A stretch of DNA of 64,000 nucleotides from Obrimoposthia wandeli (taxonomy: Eukaryota): positions 62,001 through 126,000 of the forward strand of contig CDROCS010003176.1 of NCBI GenBank assembly GCA_977020255.1. Reading direction: 5' to 3'. The position numbers were made by a program, and so were the translations under genes. Position 1 is the first letter of the stretch, and every line of letters starts with the position of its first letter. Under the pieces are notes generated by a model that saw only the letters and a program-made list of their open reading frames with translations, made no database searches and was not told where the DNA came from. Positions 43,173-52,328 of this stretch are shown one piece after another.

Positions 43173-45007
43173 TGCAAGAGAATCAAGAACATCAATTTAG
43201 CGTTGGTATCGACTTAGGTACCACGCACTGCGTATTGTCTTATGTTGATTTGCACGATGAAGATGCAAGCGTTCAAGTTATGCCTATTCCTCAGCTAACC
43301 ACACCAGGTAATGTTGAAGAAAAAGATCAACTTGCTTCATTTATGTACCAAGCACACGAATCTGAGCTTGCACCGGGTGATACTTCATTGCCTTGGAATA
43401 GCCAGCCGAAAGCAATTGTCGGTGCAATGGCGCGTACGCTAGGCAGCAAAACCCCTATTCGCTTAATCTCTAGTGCTAAAAGCTGGCTTTGCCACGGTGG
43501 TGTAAACCGTCGCGATGCATTTTTGCCGCTGAATAGCCCAGAAGAAGTATCAAAAATATCTCCTGTTGATGCAACCTGTGCATACTTATCACACTTGGCA
43601 GATGCGTGGAATAACCAACACCCTGACACACCACTGTGTGATCAAGATGTCACTATTACAGTGCCTGCATCTTTTGACCCGGCAGCACGTGATTTAACGG
43701 CTGATGCTGCCCGTAGTATTGGTCTTAAACACCTTACATTGCTTGAAGAACCTCAAGCTGCGGTATACAGCTGGATCAAGAACAACGATGCTACATGGCG
43801 TGACCAAGTAAACGTTGGTGATATTATTCTTGTTGTCGATATTGGTGGCGGTACAACTGACCTTTCATTAGTTGCTGTAACTGAAGAAGATGGAAACCTG
43901 ACACTTAACCGTGTTGCTGTTGGTGACCATATCTTACTTGGTGGCGACAACATGGATCTTGCACTGGCTTACCGTTTAAAGATGAAGCTGGCTCAAGAGG
44001 GTAAACAACTACAACCCTGGCAAGTACAGGCTATTACTCATGCTTGTCGTGATGCTAAAGAGGCATTGTTAAGCGATGCTGAATTAAGTACTGTACCCAT
44101 TGTTGTACCTAGCCGCGGTTCTAAACTGCTTGGCGGCACACTTCAAACTGAGCTAACGCAAGAAGAAGTACAACAAACATTGGTTGAAGGCTTCTTCCCT
44201 CGCACTGGCGTAGAAGAGCACCCAGTACAAACGGCACGTGCTGCACTAACACAAATGGGCCTACCATATGCACAAGATGCAACGGTTACTCGCCATGTAG
44301 CGCACTTCTTAAGCCGTCAGTCTGCTGCGGTTGATGACTTATTCGAAAAATACGACCAACTACACGACGGTTTTATTCGCCCGACTGCGATTCTATTCAA
44401 CGGTGGTGTACTTAAATCATCACTGATTTCAGAACGCCTACTCTCTATCATGAATAACTGGCTAACAACCGCTGGCAGTGAAGAAGCAAAATTACTTGAA
44501 GGCTTAGATCTTGATCTAGCGGTTGCAAGTGGTGCGTCTTACTATGGTTCAGTTCGTAAAGGCCAAGGTGTACGTATTCGTGGTGGTATCGCAAGTAGCT
44601 ACTATGTGGGTATCGAAAGCTCTATGCCGGCAATTCCGGGGATGGAACCACCACTAGAAGCATTGTGTGTGGCACCGTTTGGTATGGAAGAAGGCTCTCA
44701 TGCTGAAATACCTAGTCAAGAATTCGGACTTGTTATTGGTCAGCCAGTACAATTTAAATTCTTTGGTTCAACCGTTCGTCGTGAAGACCCAGCAGGTACT
44801 CACCTAGATTGGTGGCAGCCTGAAGAACTAGAAGAGCTACCGGCGATTCAGGTAACACTGCCCGTTTCTGACGGTCGTAGTGTAGGTGAAATTGTTCCCG
44901 TACGCTTAGCCTCTCGTGTAACAGAATTAGGTACGCTTTGCTTAGAAGCAATTCCAAGCGATGGCGGCCAGAAATGGCAAGTTGAATTCGACGTTCGCGA
45001 AGCTTAA
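43172..45007 (+). CDS. Divergent Hsp70-family ATPase A
   Basis: VGIDLGTTH, TITVPASFD, LLEEPQAA, VDIGGGTTD, LLGGDNMD and LFNGG. Confidence 0.92.
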   Translation: MQENQEHQFSVGIDLGTTHCVLSYVDLHDEDASVQVMPIPQLTTPGNVEEKDQLASFMYQAHESELAPGDTSLPWNSQPKAIVGAMARTLGSKTPIRLISSAKSWLCHGGVNRRDAFLPLNSPEEVSKISPVDATCAYLSHLADAWNNQHPDTPLCDQDVTITVPASFDPAARDLTADAARSIGLKHLTLLEEPQAAVYSWIKNNDATWRDQVNVGDIILVVDIGGGTTDLSLVAVTEEDGNLTLNRVAVGDHILLGGDNMDLALAYRLKMKLAQEGKQLQPWQVQAITHACRDAKEALLSDAELSTVPIVVPSRGSKLLGGTLQTELTQEEVQQTLVEGFFPRTGVEEHPVQTARAALTQMGLPYAQDATVTRHVAHFLSRQSAAVDDLFEKYDQLHDGFIRPTAILFNGGVLKSSLISERLLSIMNNWLTTAGSEEAKLLEGLDLDLAVASGASYYGSVRKGQGVRIRGGIASSYYVGIESSMPAIPGMEPPLEALCVAPFGMEEGSHAEIPSQEFGLVIGQPVQFKFFGSTVRREDPAGTHLDWWQPEELEELPAIQVTLPVSDGRSVGEIVPVRLASRVTELGTLCLEAIPSDGGQKWQVEFDVREA

Positions 45008-45018
45008 AACCCTACACA

Positions 45019-45044
45019 TACGGCGCATCACACGATGCGCCGTA
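45019..45044 (+). terminator. Strong hairpin between the two Hsp70 genes
   Basis: TACGGCGCATC-ACAC-GATGCGCCGTA followed by ATTTT. Confidence 0.55.
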
Positions 45045-45227
45045 ATTTTAGGTCTCTCTATAATACCATTCGATGCGAAGTTCTAATTTTAATAGAGAAT
45101 GGTATTAAACCAGCTGTCCTATAACCCAACTGCCCTATAACAAAGTATCTCCTGAACATTCTCATTGCTTATTTCAATTTCATCACTCTATTGTGCAATG
45201 ATCTCAGGACTGACTCTGGAGCAAAAA

Positions 45228-48206
45228 ATGTCTTCACCCTCTTCACCTCGCTTTCTTGTCGGTATCGATTTAGGTACGACACACACGGTTGTTGCTTACT
45301 CGCCCATTCCCCAAGATTCTGATCCGCATTCATCAGATCACGTGCAAGATAAAACGGCATTTCTTGCCGAAAAAACGCAGCAACTTGAATCAAGTCCGAT
45401 ACAAATATTTGAAATTGATCAACTAATTGCCCCCGGTGAAGTGGCCCGTAAAGCCTTATTGCCATCTTTTCGTTATCACCCTGCATCAGGGGAGATGAAT
45501 GAAGCTGAACTCGTTCTACCTTGGGATATTCAGCCTGTCGAAGGTGAAGTCAACAACGCCATTATTGGCGAATTCGCGCGCGATCTAGGTGCAAAAGTTG
45601 AAGGTCGCCAAGTTGTTAGTGCTAAAAGTTGGCTATCACACACGGGTGTTGATCGCAGTGAAGCCATTCTTCCTTGGTCTTCAAGCCGTCAATCGTCTAT
45701 TGCTTCAACGGGCGACGTTGCAAAGGTTTCACCTGTTGTTGCCAGTGCCAGTTATTTAAACCATGTGCGCCAAGCGTGGGATTATCACCACCCTGACAGC
45801 AAATTATGCCATCAAGAAGTGGTGATCACTGTTCCTGCATCTTTTGATGAAGGTGCGCGCGCATTAACTATCGACGCTGCGGCCATGGCTGGCTTACCCA
45901 ATGTACTGTTATTAGAAGAGCCACAAGCTGTTTGTTACGATTGGTATGCTCAAAATAAAGAGAACGCTGAAACACTGCTTCAAGACATACCATTATTAAT
46001 GGTATGTGATGTGGGTGGTGGTACAACCGACCTGAGTTTAATCAAAGTTGGTACTGAAAAAGGTAAATTATCCCTTAACCGTATCGGCGTAGGTGATCAC
46101 CTAATGCTAGGGGGGGATAACCTTGATTTAGCCCTTGCCCATAAAGCAGAAGAACGCTTACATGGTGGCGCTAAAAAATTAAGTGCAGCAGGTTTATCAA
46201 AACTTATTCAGCAAACGCGAAAAGTAAAAGAACAACTGTTGTCTGGCAATGCGCCAGATACGGCAAAAGTCACGCTATTGGGTAGTGGTTCACGTTTAAT
46301 CGGCGGAGCCAAAACAATCGAGCTAACGCGACAAGAAGTGCACGACATTGCTCTAAATGGTTTCTTTCCTGAAACGGAATTTGATGACCAACCCAGTCAT
46401 CGACAAGCCGCTGTTGTCGAATTTGGTTTACCGTATGCGGCCGATCCAGCCATTAGCAAACACCTTGCTCAATTCATTGGTCTTCACGACAGTGTTTGCC
46501 GCGATGCATTACTGACGCATAACCAACATGCTGAAACAAAAATCGACATCATCGATGGTCAGCCAATTATTCCATCAGCAGTGTTGTTAAACGGTGGCGT
46601 ATTCAATAGCCCATTATTAACCAACCGAGTGCTTGATATTTTCTCACATTGGCGTAGTGACAGTGTCACCGAGCTAAGTAACCCCCACCCTGATTTGGCC
46701 GTTGCTTATGGTGCCGTTGCGTATGCAAAAGCACGACATGGTGCACAATTAAAAATTGGTGGTGGCTCAGCCCGTTCTTTCTTCTTAATGTTAGGGGATA
46801 AAAAGAAAAACCAACAAGGCATTTGTTTACTGCCCAAAGGTACTGAAGAAGGCACTGAAGTTCGCTTAACCCAACGTAAATTTGCCTTAACGCTTGGCGA
46901 ACCTGTTCGTTTCAACCTTATTTCATCAACTGATGATAGCCAGATTGAAGCGGGTGGGTTATTAACAATAGATGAAGAAAACGACGAAGGTAGTTATGTT
47001 GATCTTCCACCGTTTATTGCAACGTTAATCAGTGAACGAGATCGCTCAAAATTAGCGGCTAATCAAAAAGATCGAGAAGAAGTGACGCTAGCTTGCCAAC
47101 TTACAGAAGTCGGTACGCTACAAATTGAATGTGTTAGCGTGACCGATGAAAGCAAGCGCTGGAAAGTCGAATTCGCGATTCGTAAAAATTTAGCGCGTCT
47201 TAATCGAGATAAAGATAATTCAACACTTGCTGAGCAATTATTGCCTAATCGTATCGATGAAGCAAAATCTGCCATTAAACTCGTTTATGGCGGCAGTAAA
47301 AATACAAACATCCAAGCAATAAACAGCGGTAAAGCAATTAAAACGCTACGTAACGACCTCGAAAAAATGATTGGTAAGCGTGATAACTGGGACGTACCTT
47401 GTCTACGAGAATTAGCTGATACCTTAATCGACAGTCGTAAACGTCGACGTCGTTCTGATATTCATGAGCGTAATTGGTTGAAGCTGACAGGTTTCACTTT
47501 GCGTCCTGGTTTTGGCTACCCAGCAGATGAATTCCGCATGGAACAAGTCTGGGCATTGTATCAACATGGTGTGCAATTTGATTCCAATACGCAAACTTGG
47601 AGTGATTGGTGGACATTCTGGCGTCGTATCGCTGGTGGGCTAACCCAAGATCAGCAACTTGTTATTTTTAAAGATATCGCTAAATACATTAGTCCGAATG
47701 CAACACGTAACAGTAAACTAAGCAAAGAAATGCAAGAACGCAGTTACGAAGACATGGTACGTTTAGCGGCATCTCTTGAGCATCTACCGTTCGAAAACAA
47801 GCTACAGCTAATCGAATCATTATTTGGACGCTTACAAAAACCACAGTACTCGCAAGCACATTGGTGGGCTCTTGGGCGTATTGGTACACGTAGCCCTTTT
47901 TATGGTAGTACGCATAATTTGTTATCGTCTGAACATATTTCATACTGTTTACCAGAACTCATGGAGTTTGATTGGCGCAAAGATCCTAACATTGGGTTTG
48001 CAGCAGTAATGATGAGCCGAATGACTGGCGACCGTACGCTCGATATTAATGACGAAAATAGAACCAAAGTCATTAACAAATTGAAAGCAAGTAAAGCGCC
48101 TGAAAGTTGGATTCAAATGGTATCAGAGGTCAAAGTATTAACAGAAGCAGAAACTAAACGCGTTTTCGGTGATGCGCTACCAACAGGATTAAGGCTCATC
48201 GGTTAA
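45228..48206 (+). CDS. Divergent Hsp70-family ATPase B with a long C-terminal extension (DUF3731-like)
   Basis: GGAG RBS; VGIDLGTTH, VITVPASFD, LLEEPQA, DVGGGTTD and MLGGDNLD; Trp-rich C-terminal domain (GFTLRPGFGYP, WWTFWRRIAGG, WWALGRIG). Confidence 0.9.
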   Translation: MSSPSSPRFLVGIDLGTTHTVVAYSPIPQDSDPHSSDHVQDKTAFLAEKTQQLESSPIQIFEIDQLIAPGEVARKALLPSFRYHPASGEMNEAELVLPWDIQPVEGEVNNAIIGEFARDLGAKVEGRQVVSAKSWLSHTGVDRSEAILPWSSSRQSSIASTGDVAKVSPVVASASYLNHVRQAWDYHHPDSKLCHQEVVITVPASFDEGARALTIDAAAMAGLPNVLLLEEPQAVCYDWYAQNKENAETLLQDIPLLMVCDVGGGTTDLSLIKVGTEKGKLSLNRIGVGDHLMLGGDNLDLALAHKAEERLHGGAKKLSAAGLSKLIQQTRKVKEQLLSGNAPDTAKVTLLGSGSRLIGGAKTIELTRQEVHDIALNGFFPETEFDDQPSHRQAAVVEFGLPYAADPAISKHLAQFIGLHDSVCRDALLTHNQHAETKIDIIDGQPIIPSAVLLNGGVFNSPLLTNRVLDIFSHWRSDSVTELSNPHPDLAVAYGAVAYAKARHGAQLKIGGGSARSFFLMLGDKKKNQQGICLLPKGTEEGTEVRLTQRKFALTLGEPVRFNLISSTDDSQIEAGGLLTIDEENDEGSYVDLPPFIATLISERDRSKLAANQKDREEVTLACQLTEVGTLQIECVSVTDESKRWKVEFAIRKNLARLNRDKDNSTLAEQLLPNRIDEAKSAIKLVYGGSKNTNIQAINSGKAIKTLRNDLEKMIGKRDNWDVPCLRELADTLIDSRKRRRRSDIHERNWLKLTGFTLRPGFGYPADEFRMEQVWALYQHGVQFDSNTQTWSDWWTFWRRIAGGLTQDQQLVIFKDIAKYISPNATRNSKLSKEMQERSYEDMVRLAASLEHLPFENKLQLIESLFGRLQKPQYSQAHWWALGRIGTRSPFYGSTHNLLSSEHISYCLPELMEFDWRKDPNIGFAAVMMSRMTGDRTLDINDENRTKVINKLKASKAPESWIQMVSEVKVLTEAETKRVFGDALPTGLRLIG

Positions 48207-48318
48207 GCTTTCGTTAGGGTAAATGTTGTTATCATAAGCTCATATAAATCATTTTTACCAAATTCAATAGGTAGTAAGCCTATTGGATCTGAGTTTAGAG
48301 AAAATAGTGAGTAGAGTT

Positions 48319-48522
48319 ATGACACATTCCCAATTTAAGTTAATTGCTCAACGTATCTTTAAATCTGAAGAGCAACGTTCTGCCGTTGCAGCAGTAATCT
48401 TTGATGGATTATCAAGCTATGAAGCAGAGAAACGTTTTGAACTTCCGAAAGGCACTTTGTCTCGTAATGTGCGTAAGTACAAAAGTGAAGTTCATTACAT
48501 AACGAACGTTGCTGCAGCTTAA
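48319..48522 (+). CDS. Small HTH-like protein
   Basis: MTHSQFKLIA...GLSSYEAEKRFELPKGTLSRNVRKY, HTH-like pattern. Confidence 0.7.
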   Translation: MTHSQFKLIAQRIFKSEEQRSAVAAVIFDGLSSYEAEKRFELPKGTLSRNVRKYKSEVHYITNVAAA

Positions 48523-48538
48523 ACGTCGAATTGAGTTT

Positions 48539-48569
48539 AAAAAAACGGAGAGCTTATGCTCTCCGTTTT
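48539..48569. terminator. Bidirectional terminator
   Basis: AAAACGGAGAGC-TTAT-GCTCTCCGTTTT. Confidence 0.85.
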
Positions 48570-48604
48570 CTATTTCATGACAATAGCGAGTAGGTATTCG
48601 CCCA

Positions 48605-49465
48605 TTAACTATTCATGCCGAGCTTTCTAGCAAAGTCATCTGACGAACGTAGCTTCGCACACATCCAAAAGAGTGCGATACTAGCCGCTAATAAAGCAAT
48701 TAGTGTCACAGTACCCAAGCTAAAGAAGACAGAAACCGGGCTATCACTGGTTAGAATCTTAAAAGGCAGATTGTAAATTTTGCTAATCCAATCCCCTACT
48801 ACGCTGCTACCAAATACCATATAAGCCATTAATTTAATCATAACGACCGCAACAAATAAGGTCACTAACGGGTGATTAGTGATTTGCGATAAAACCATCA
48901 ACAAACAAGCAACGGGCAATAATGCTAGGCTAACTAATACCATGCGTCCTAGAAAATCAAACCAATGCATAATCAAACTAGCAAAACTGATTGATGATGT
49001 CGTCAGCATATCAGCAGGCATAAACCAACTCGCTAGCACCCAAACAATGACATCAGAAAACAGTAATAATACCGATGCAACTAAAGGAATAACCACTAAT
49101 GCAAAAATCAATTTCACTGCTATCGCAAGGTTGTCTGACACTGGCATTGAACGCCAAAACATCAAGCTTCCTTCTTGGCGTTCTTTACGCAGTGTTTTCG
49201 GTACATAAGAAAAGAAAGTAATTGTTGCGACAATACCAGCCACAATAATATTCAATTTACCTATAATGCCCGCATAACCCGTCACATTAGAAAAGCCCGC
49301 CCACTCATCCATTCCAGATATTTGATAGCTGATATTTAAATTATCACCGCCACTCATCACAAGCATAAAATTAACAACGGCGAAAATAGCTAAAAACAAA
49401 GGTAAACGAGTAACCAATTTATGCTCTAAGAATTCTTTCTCAAGCATATAAAAAACAGGGCTCAT
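48605..49465 (-). CDS. ABC-2 type permease
   Basis: About 6 TM helices; ERQEGSLMFWRSMPVS; overlaps the ATPase stop codon. Confidence 0.85.
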   Translation of the reverse strand: MSPVFYMLEKEFLEHKLVTRLPLFLAIFAVVNFMLVMSGGDNLNISYQISGMDEWAGFSNVTGYAGIIGKLNIIVAGIVATITFFSYVPKTLRKERQEGSLMFWRSMPVSDNLAIAVKLIFALVVIPLVASVLLLFSDVIVWVLASWFMPADMLTTSSISFASLIMHWFDFLGRMVLVSLALLPVACLLMVLSQITNHPLVTLFVAVVMIKLMAYMVFGSSVVGDWISKIYNLPFKILTSDSPVSVFFSLGTVTLIALLAASIALFWMCAKLRSSDDFARKLGMNS

Positions 49466-50319
49466 AGCTGACCCTCCAGTTGTTTTGCAATGAAAATATC
49501 GGCTAGATTAGGCTGTGACAACTGACCTAATGGCATGAGCAACTCTCGTCCAATGTTCTCAAATAATAAATGATGCTGCCCTAAACCTGACTTTTCATAA
49601 ATTGGAGACAATGCTTTTGCAGAAGACAAATTCACTTGCTCAACAGTTACAGCGGTATAGTTATCTTCAATATCAGCTAATGGCGCTTGTAATACCACCT
49701 CACCTTTTCGAAGCATTAATACATCGGTTAACAGGTGCTGAATTTCTGACACTTCATGACTTGCAATAATTAATGCTCGGTCGCCATCATGAAACCACTC
49801 CATTAAGTAACGATAAAATGTATCGCGGTAAATTAAATCTAGACCTAACGTTGGCTCATCTAAAATCAATATTTTAGCGTCAGTCGACATCACCAATGCA
49901 AGGTGCAACTGTACTTTCATTCCTTTTGAAAGACTGCCGATTTTGCTTTTATTCTTTATGTCTGTTTTAGATAAAAATGCATCCATTTTCTTGCGGTCAA
50001 AATTTGGATGGACACCCGCGGTATATTTAATGAGTTGAGATACTTTCATCCATTCAGGTAATACTGCGACATCTGATATATAGGCAAGCTGTGAAACTAT
50101 TTGAGCACGATCTTTTTGCGGATTTAATCCAAAGATGCTCATTTCACCCATATAATCTTGGGCACCAAGAATAGATTTAATCAGCGTCGACTTACCCGCT
50201 CCATTATGACCGAGTAACCCTAACACTTGCCCAGCTTTCAATTCGAAGCTTACATTCGATAAAGCTTTTTGTTGGCGATAAGACTTACTTAGCTTTTCAG
50301 CTTTAATCAATATTTCCAC
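49462..50319 (-). CDS. ABC transporter ATP-binding protein
   Basis: Walker A GHNGAGKS, signature LSKGM and Walker B ILILDEPT. Confidence 0.95.
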   Translation of the reverse strand: MEILIKAEKLSKSYRQQKALSNVSFELKAGQVLGLLGHNGAGKSTLIKSILGAQDYMGEMSIFGLNPQKDRAQIVSQLAYISDVAVLPEWMKVSQLIKYTAGVHPNFDRKKMDAFLSKTDIKNKSKIGSLSKGMKVQLHLALVMSTDAKILILDEPTLGLDLIYRDTFYRYLMEWFHDGDRALIIASHEVSEIQHLLTDVLMLRKGEVVLQAPLADIEDNYTAVTVEQVNLSSAKALSPIYEKSGLGQHHLLFENIGRELLMPLGQLSQPNLADIFIAKQLEGQL

Positions 50320-50686
50320 TTTTCACTCTACCATTCATTTCTAATTCGATAACAAGCTCATCAATTGACAAACCAATTCTATTTAACTTATCTACAAGAT
50401 CAGGTAACTCTTTTTTTAAAAAATATGACTTCTGGTTTTCTTGAATTACGTCCATAGCACCAGGTAACACATACATCCCTTGACCTCGTTTCTTTTCGAT
50501 TAACCCCTGTTCAACCAGTAACTGATAGCCTTTCATTACGGTTAAGTGGTTAATTTTCAAATCTGCGGCAACAGCCCTTACCGATGGTAACGCCGTACCC
50601 TCTAGCCACGTGCCATCGGCTATCTGCTCGATAATTCGGTGGCTCAACTGTTTATATATTGGTAATTCATCATTCCAGTCATTCAC
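50303..50686 (-). CDS. GntR-family regulator, YtrA subfamily
   Basis: PIYKQL, LPSVRAVAADLKINHLTVMKGYQLL and RGQGMYV; short C-terminus; heads an ABC exporter operon. Confidence 0.92.
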   Translation of the reverse strand: MNDWNDELPIYKQLSHRIIEQIADGTWLEGTALPSVRAVAADLKINHLTVMKGYQLLVEQGLIEKKRGQGMYVLPGAMDVIQENQKSYFLKKELPDLVDKLNRIGLSIDELVIELEMNGRVKSGNID

Positions 50687-50710
50687 CGATCACTTACTCA
50701 CCGCAGCCAC

Positions 50711-50730
50711 TGTTATAGTGATATATAACA
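50711..50730. promoter_or_regulatory. Candidate YtrA-type operator
   Basis: Perfect 7-bp arms TGTTATA-N6-TATAACA, about 25 bp upstream of the GntR start. Confidence 0.6.
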
Positions 50731-50806
50731 CCAATACAATGAAATGCCAAGCATCATTGTTTGTATCAGCGATTCAATTAACAAAACAACATAAAATAGA
50801 TAGCAC

Positions 50807-50979
50807 TATACCCAAGTTACCTCAAGATGCAGGATTCAGAGTGAGCTCAGCGAGTTTTGTTGAGCTCTATGCGGTGTTACTTATTTTCAACGTAGAACGA
50901 CTAGGTCTATAAATAAGTGCCTTGCCTAGAGCCCAACAAATTCTCGCTGAAACGAGCATCTTGAGGTAACTTGGGTATA
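50807..50979. mobile_element. Palindromic MITE/ERIC-like intergenic element, short form (173 bp)
   Basis: TATACCCAAGTTACCTCAAGATGC...GCATCTTGAGGTAACTTGGGTATA terminal inverted repeats; second copy at 56703. Confidence 0.85.
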
Positions 50980-51373
50980 AAGTATTGGTTAGATCGGAGG
51001 TGGTATTTAAAACGTTATTAGCAGTAAGCTACGTGAAGTATATTTATAACGAGGGAATACAGGATATAGCGACGAAAGGATGCAACCGCTTTTTCTCAAT
51101 ACTTAGAAAAACGGTCAATAGTAGTCATTAACGTAATAGTTAAAATAAAATCGTTAATCTATTTACCTAAGAACTAGGTCGAAATAGATGAAAGTACCGA
51201 CTTAAATGTAGTGTGAGCATATATATGGTGATACAAAATAGTAAGACTTTCCTGCATGTGAAATTAGACAGGTAATGTTACGATAAAAATAAAGTATCGA
51301 TCAGCAATCGATAATATTCAATTGCTGATGTAAGAAATACTCAAACCAACCCTAGAGTTGCTTTTTTATAAAT

Positions 51374-51769
51374 TCATTTAGATTCAGAAGTTAACGATAA
51401 ATTATTCATTATATCATCTTCTGAAACGATGTCATTTCCCATTAACTCTTCAGGGTGAACACCATCTTTTTCCATTAATGCCAATATTTCATTCATACGA
51501 GCAAGACGGGCTTCTTCTTTAAACTCATGTAATACAGCAATAAGGTTATTGATCTTATGGAGAGGCATACGTTTAATTACAGCTTTCTGACGACCTGGTA
51601 CTTCATCAGCAAAATCAGTTAGCGCTTGGCGATAATCAAAACGCTCTTCACTTTTAACTGGTTTTTGTGGTTCTTTAATAATAGTGCTTGAATCAACAAC
51701 AGTTGTGCCAGATTCAACACCTTTTAACATTGCACTCAGCGCTTTTTCTGCAGCTGCAAAACTATCCAT
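51374..51769 (-). CDS. H-NS-like oligomerisation-domain protein lacking the DNA-binding domain
   Basis: GAGG RBS; [21 protein letters not shown]...[16 protein letters not shown] resembles the H-NS N-terminal domain (MLIADGIDPNELL). Confidence 0.6.
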   Translation of the reverse strand: [131 protein letters not shown]

Positions 51770-51807
51770 GAATTACCTCAGGAGATCTTACGAATCAATC
51801 ACTGAGC

Positions 51808-51943
51808 TTGGTAAAACTCAGGGGATTGCATTAACCATAATTCCCATACAAGAGAAATTTCTGTATAGGTCATTCGTTCATTACGTAGGTTGCATACAAT
51901 AAGCAACCCATCTGAAAGACGAGATTGAAATCAGTTTTACCAA
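51808..51943 (-). ncRNA. Candidate structured RNA leader upstream of the H-NS-like gene
   Basis: 11-bp closing stem TTGGTAAAACT/AGTTTTACCAA enclosing three hairpins whose G-U pairs favour the minus strand. Confidence 0.4.
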
Positions 51944-52328
51944 CTAACACACCAAGACAGGTACTCGGATAGTTTAATTATAATTGAAATTCGCGATTTA
52001 GATGTCATAGATGACGACTTGAGTGTTAAATATACCTGTAGAAAGCATCTATGTGAACATAAATTTATGTTTACAGAATAATTAGCCTAAATATATCGCC
52101 GAATATGAGCGTCTACTTTCTTTCAAGATTTAGCATAACGAGCAATCTTTACACAAATTCAACCTAACACATAAAACCAAGGTTACAACAGTTACTATTA
52201 TTAATAGTACACTTAAAACCAACAGGAACGCAATTTTAAACAATTTATTCTTTTTAAAGGATTATTATTATTCTTTGTTTTCAATAGACTATAATAATCG
52301 TACCGATTAAATCTTAGAATTTATCCTC

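Noticed and set aside
50610-50912. 100-aa + strand ORF
   Set aside because: It overlaps the GntR gene in antisense and reads through the MITE; stop-free by chance.
51808-51943. Retron msr-msd RNA, suggested by the closing inverted repeat
   Set aside because: There is no reverse transcriptase in the window and no long msd hairpin.
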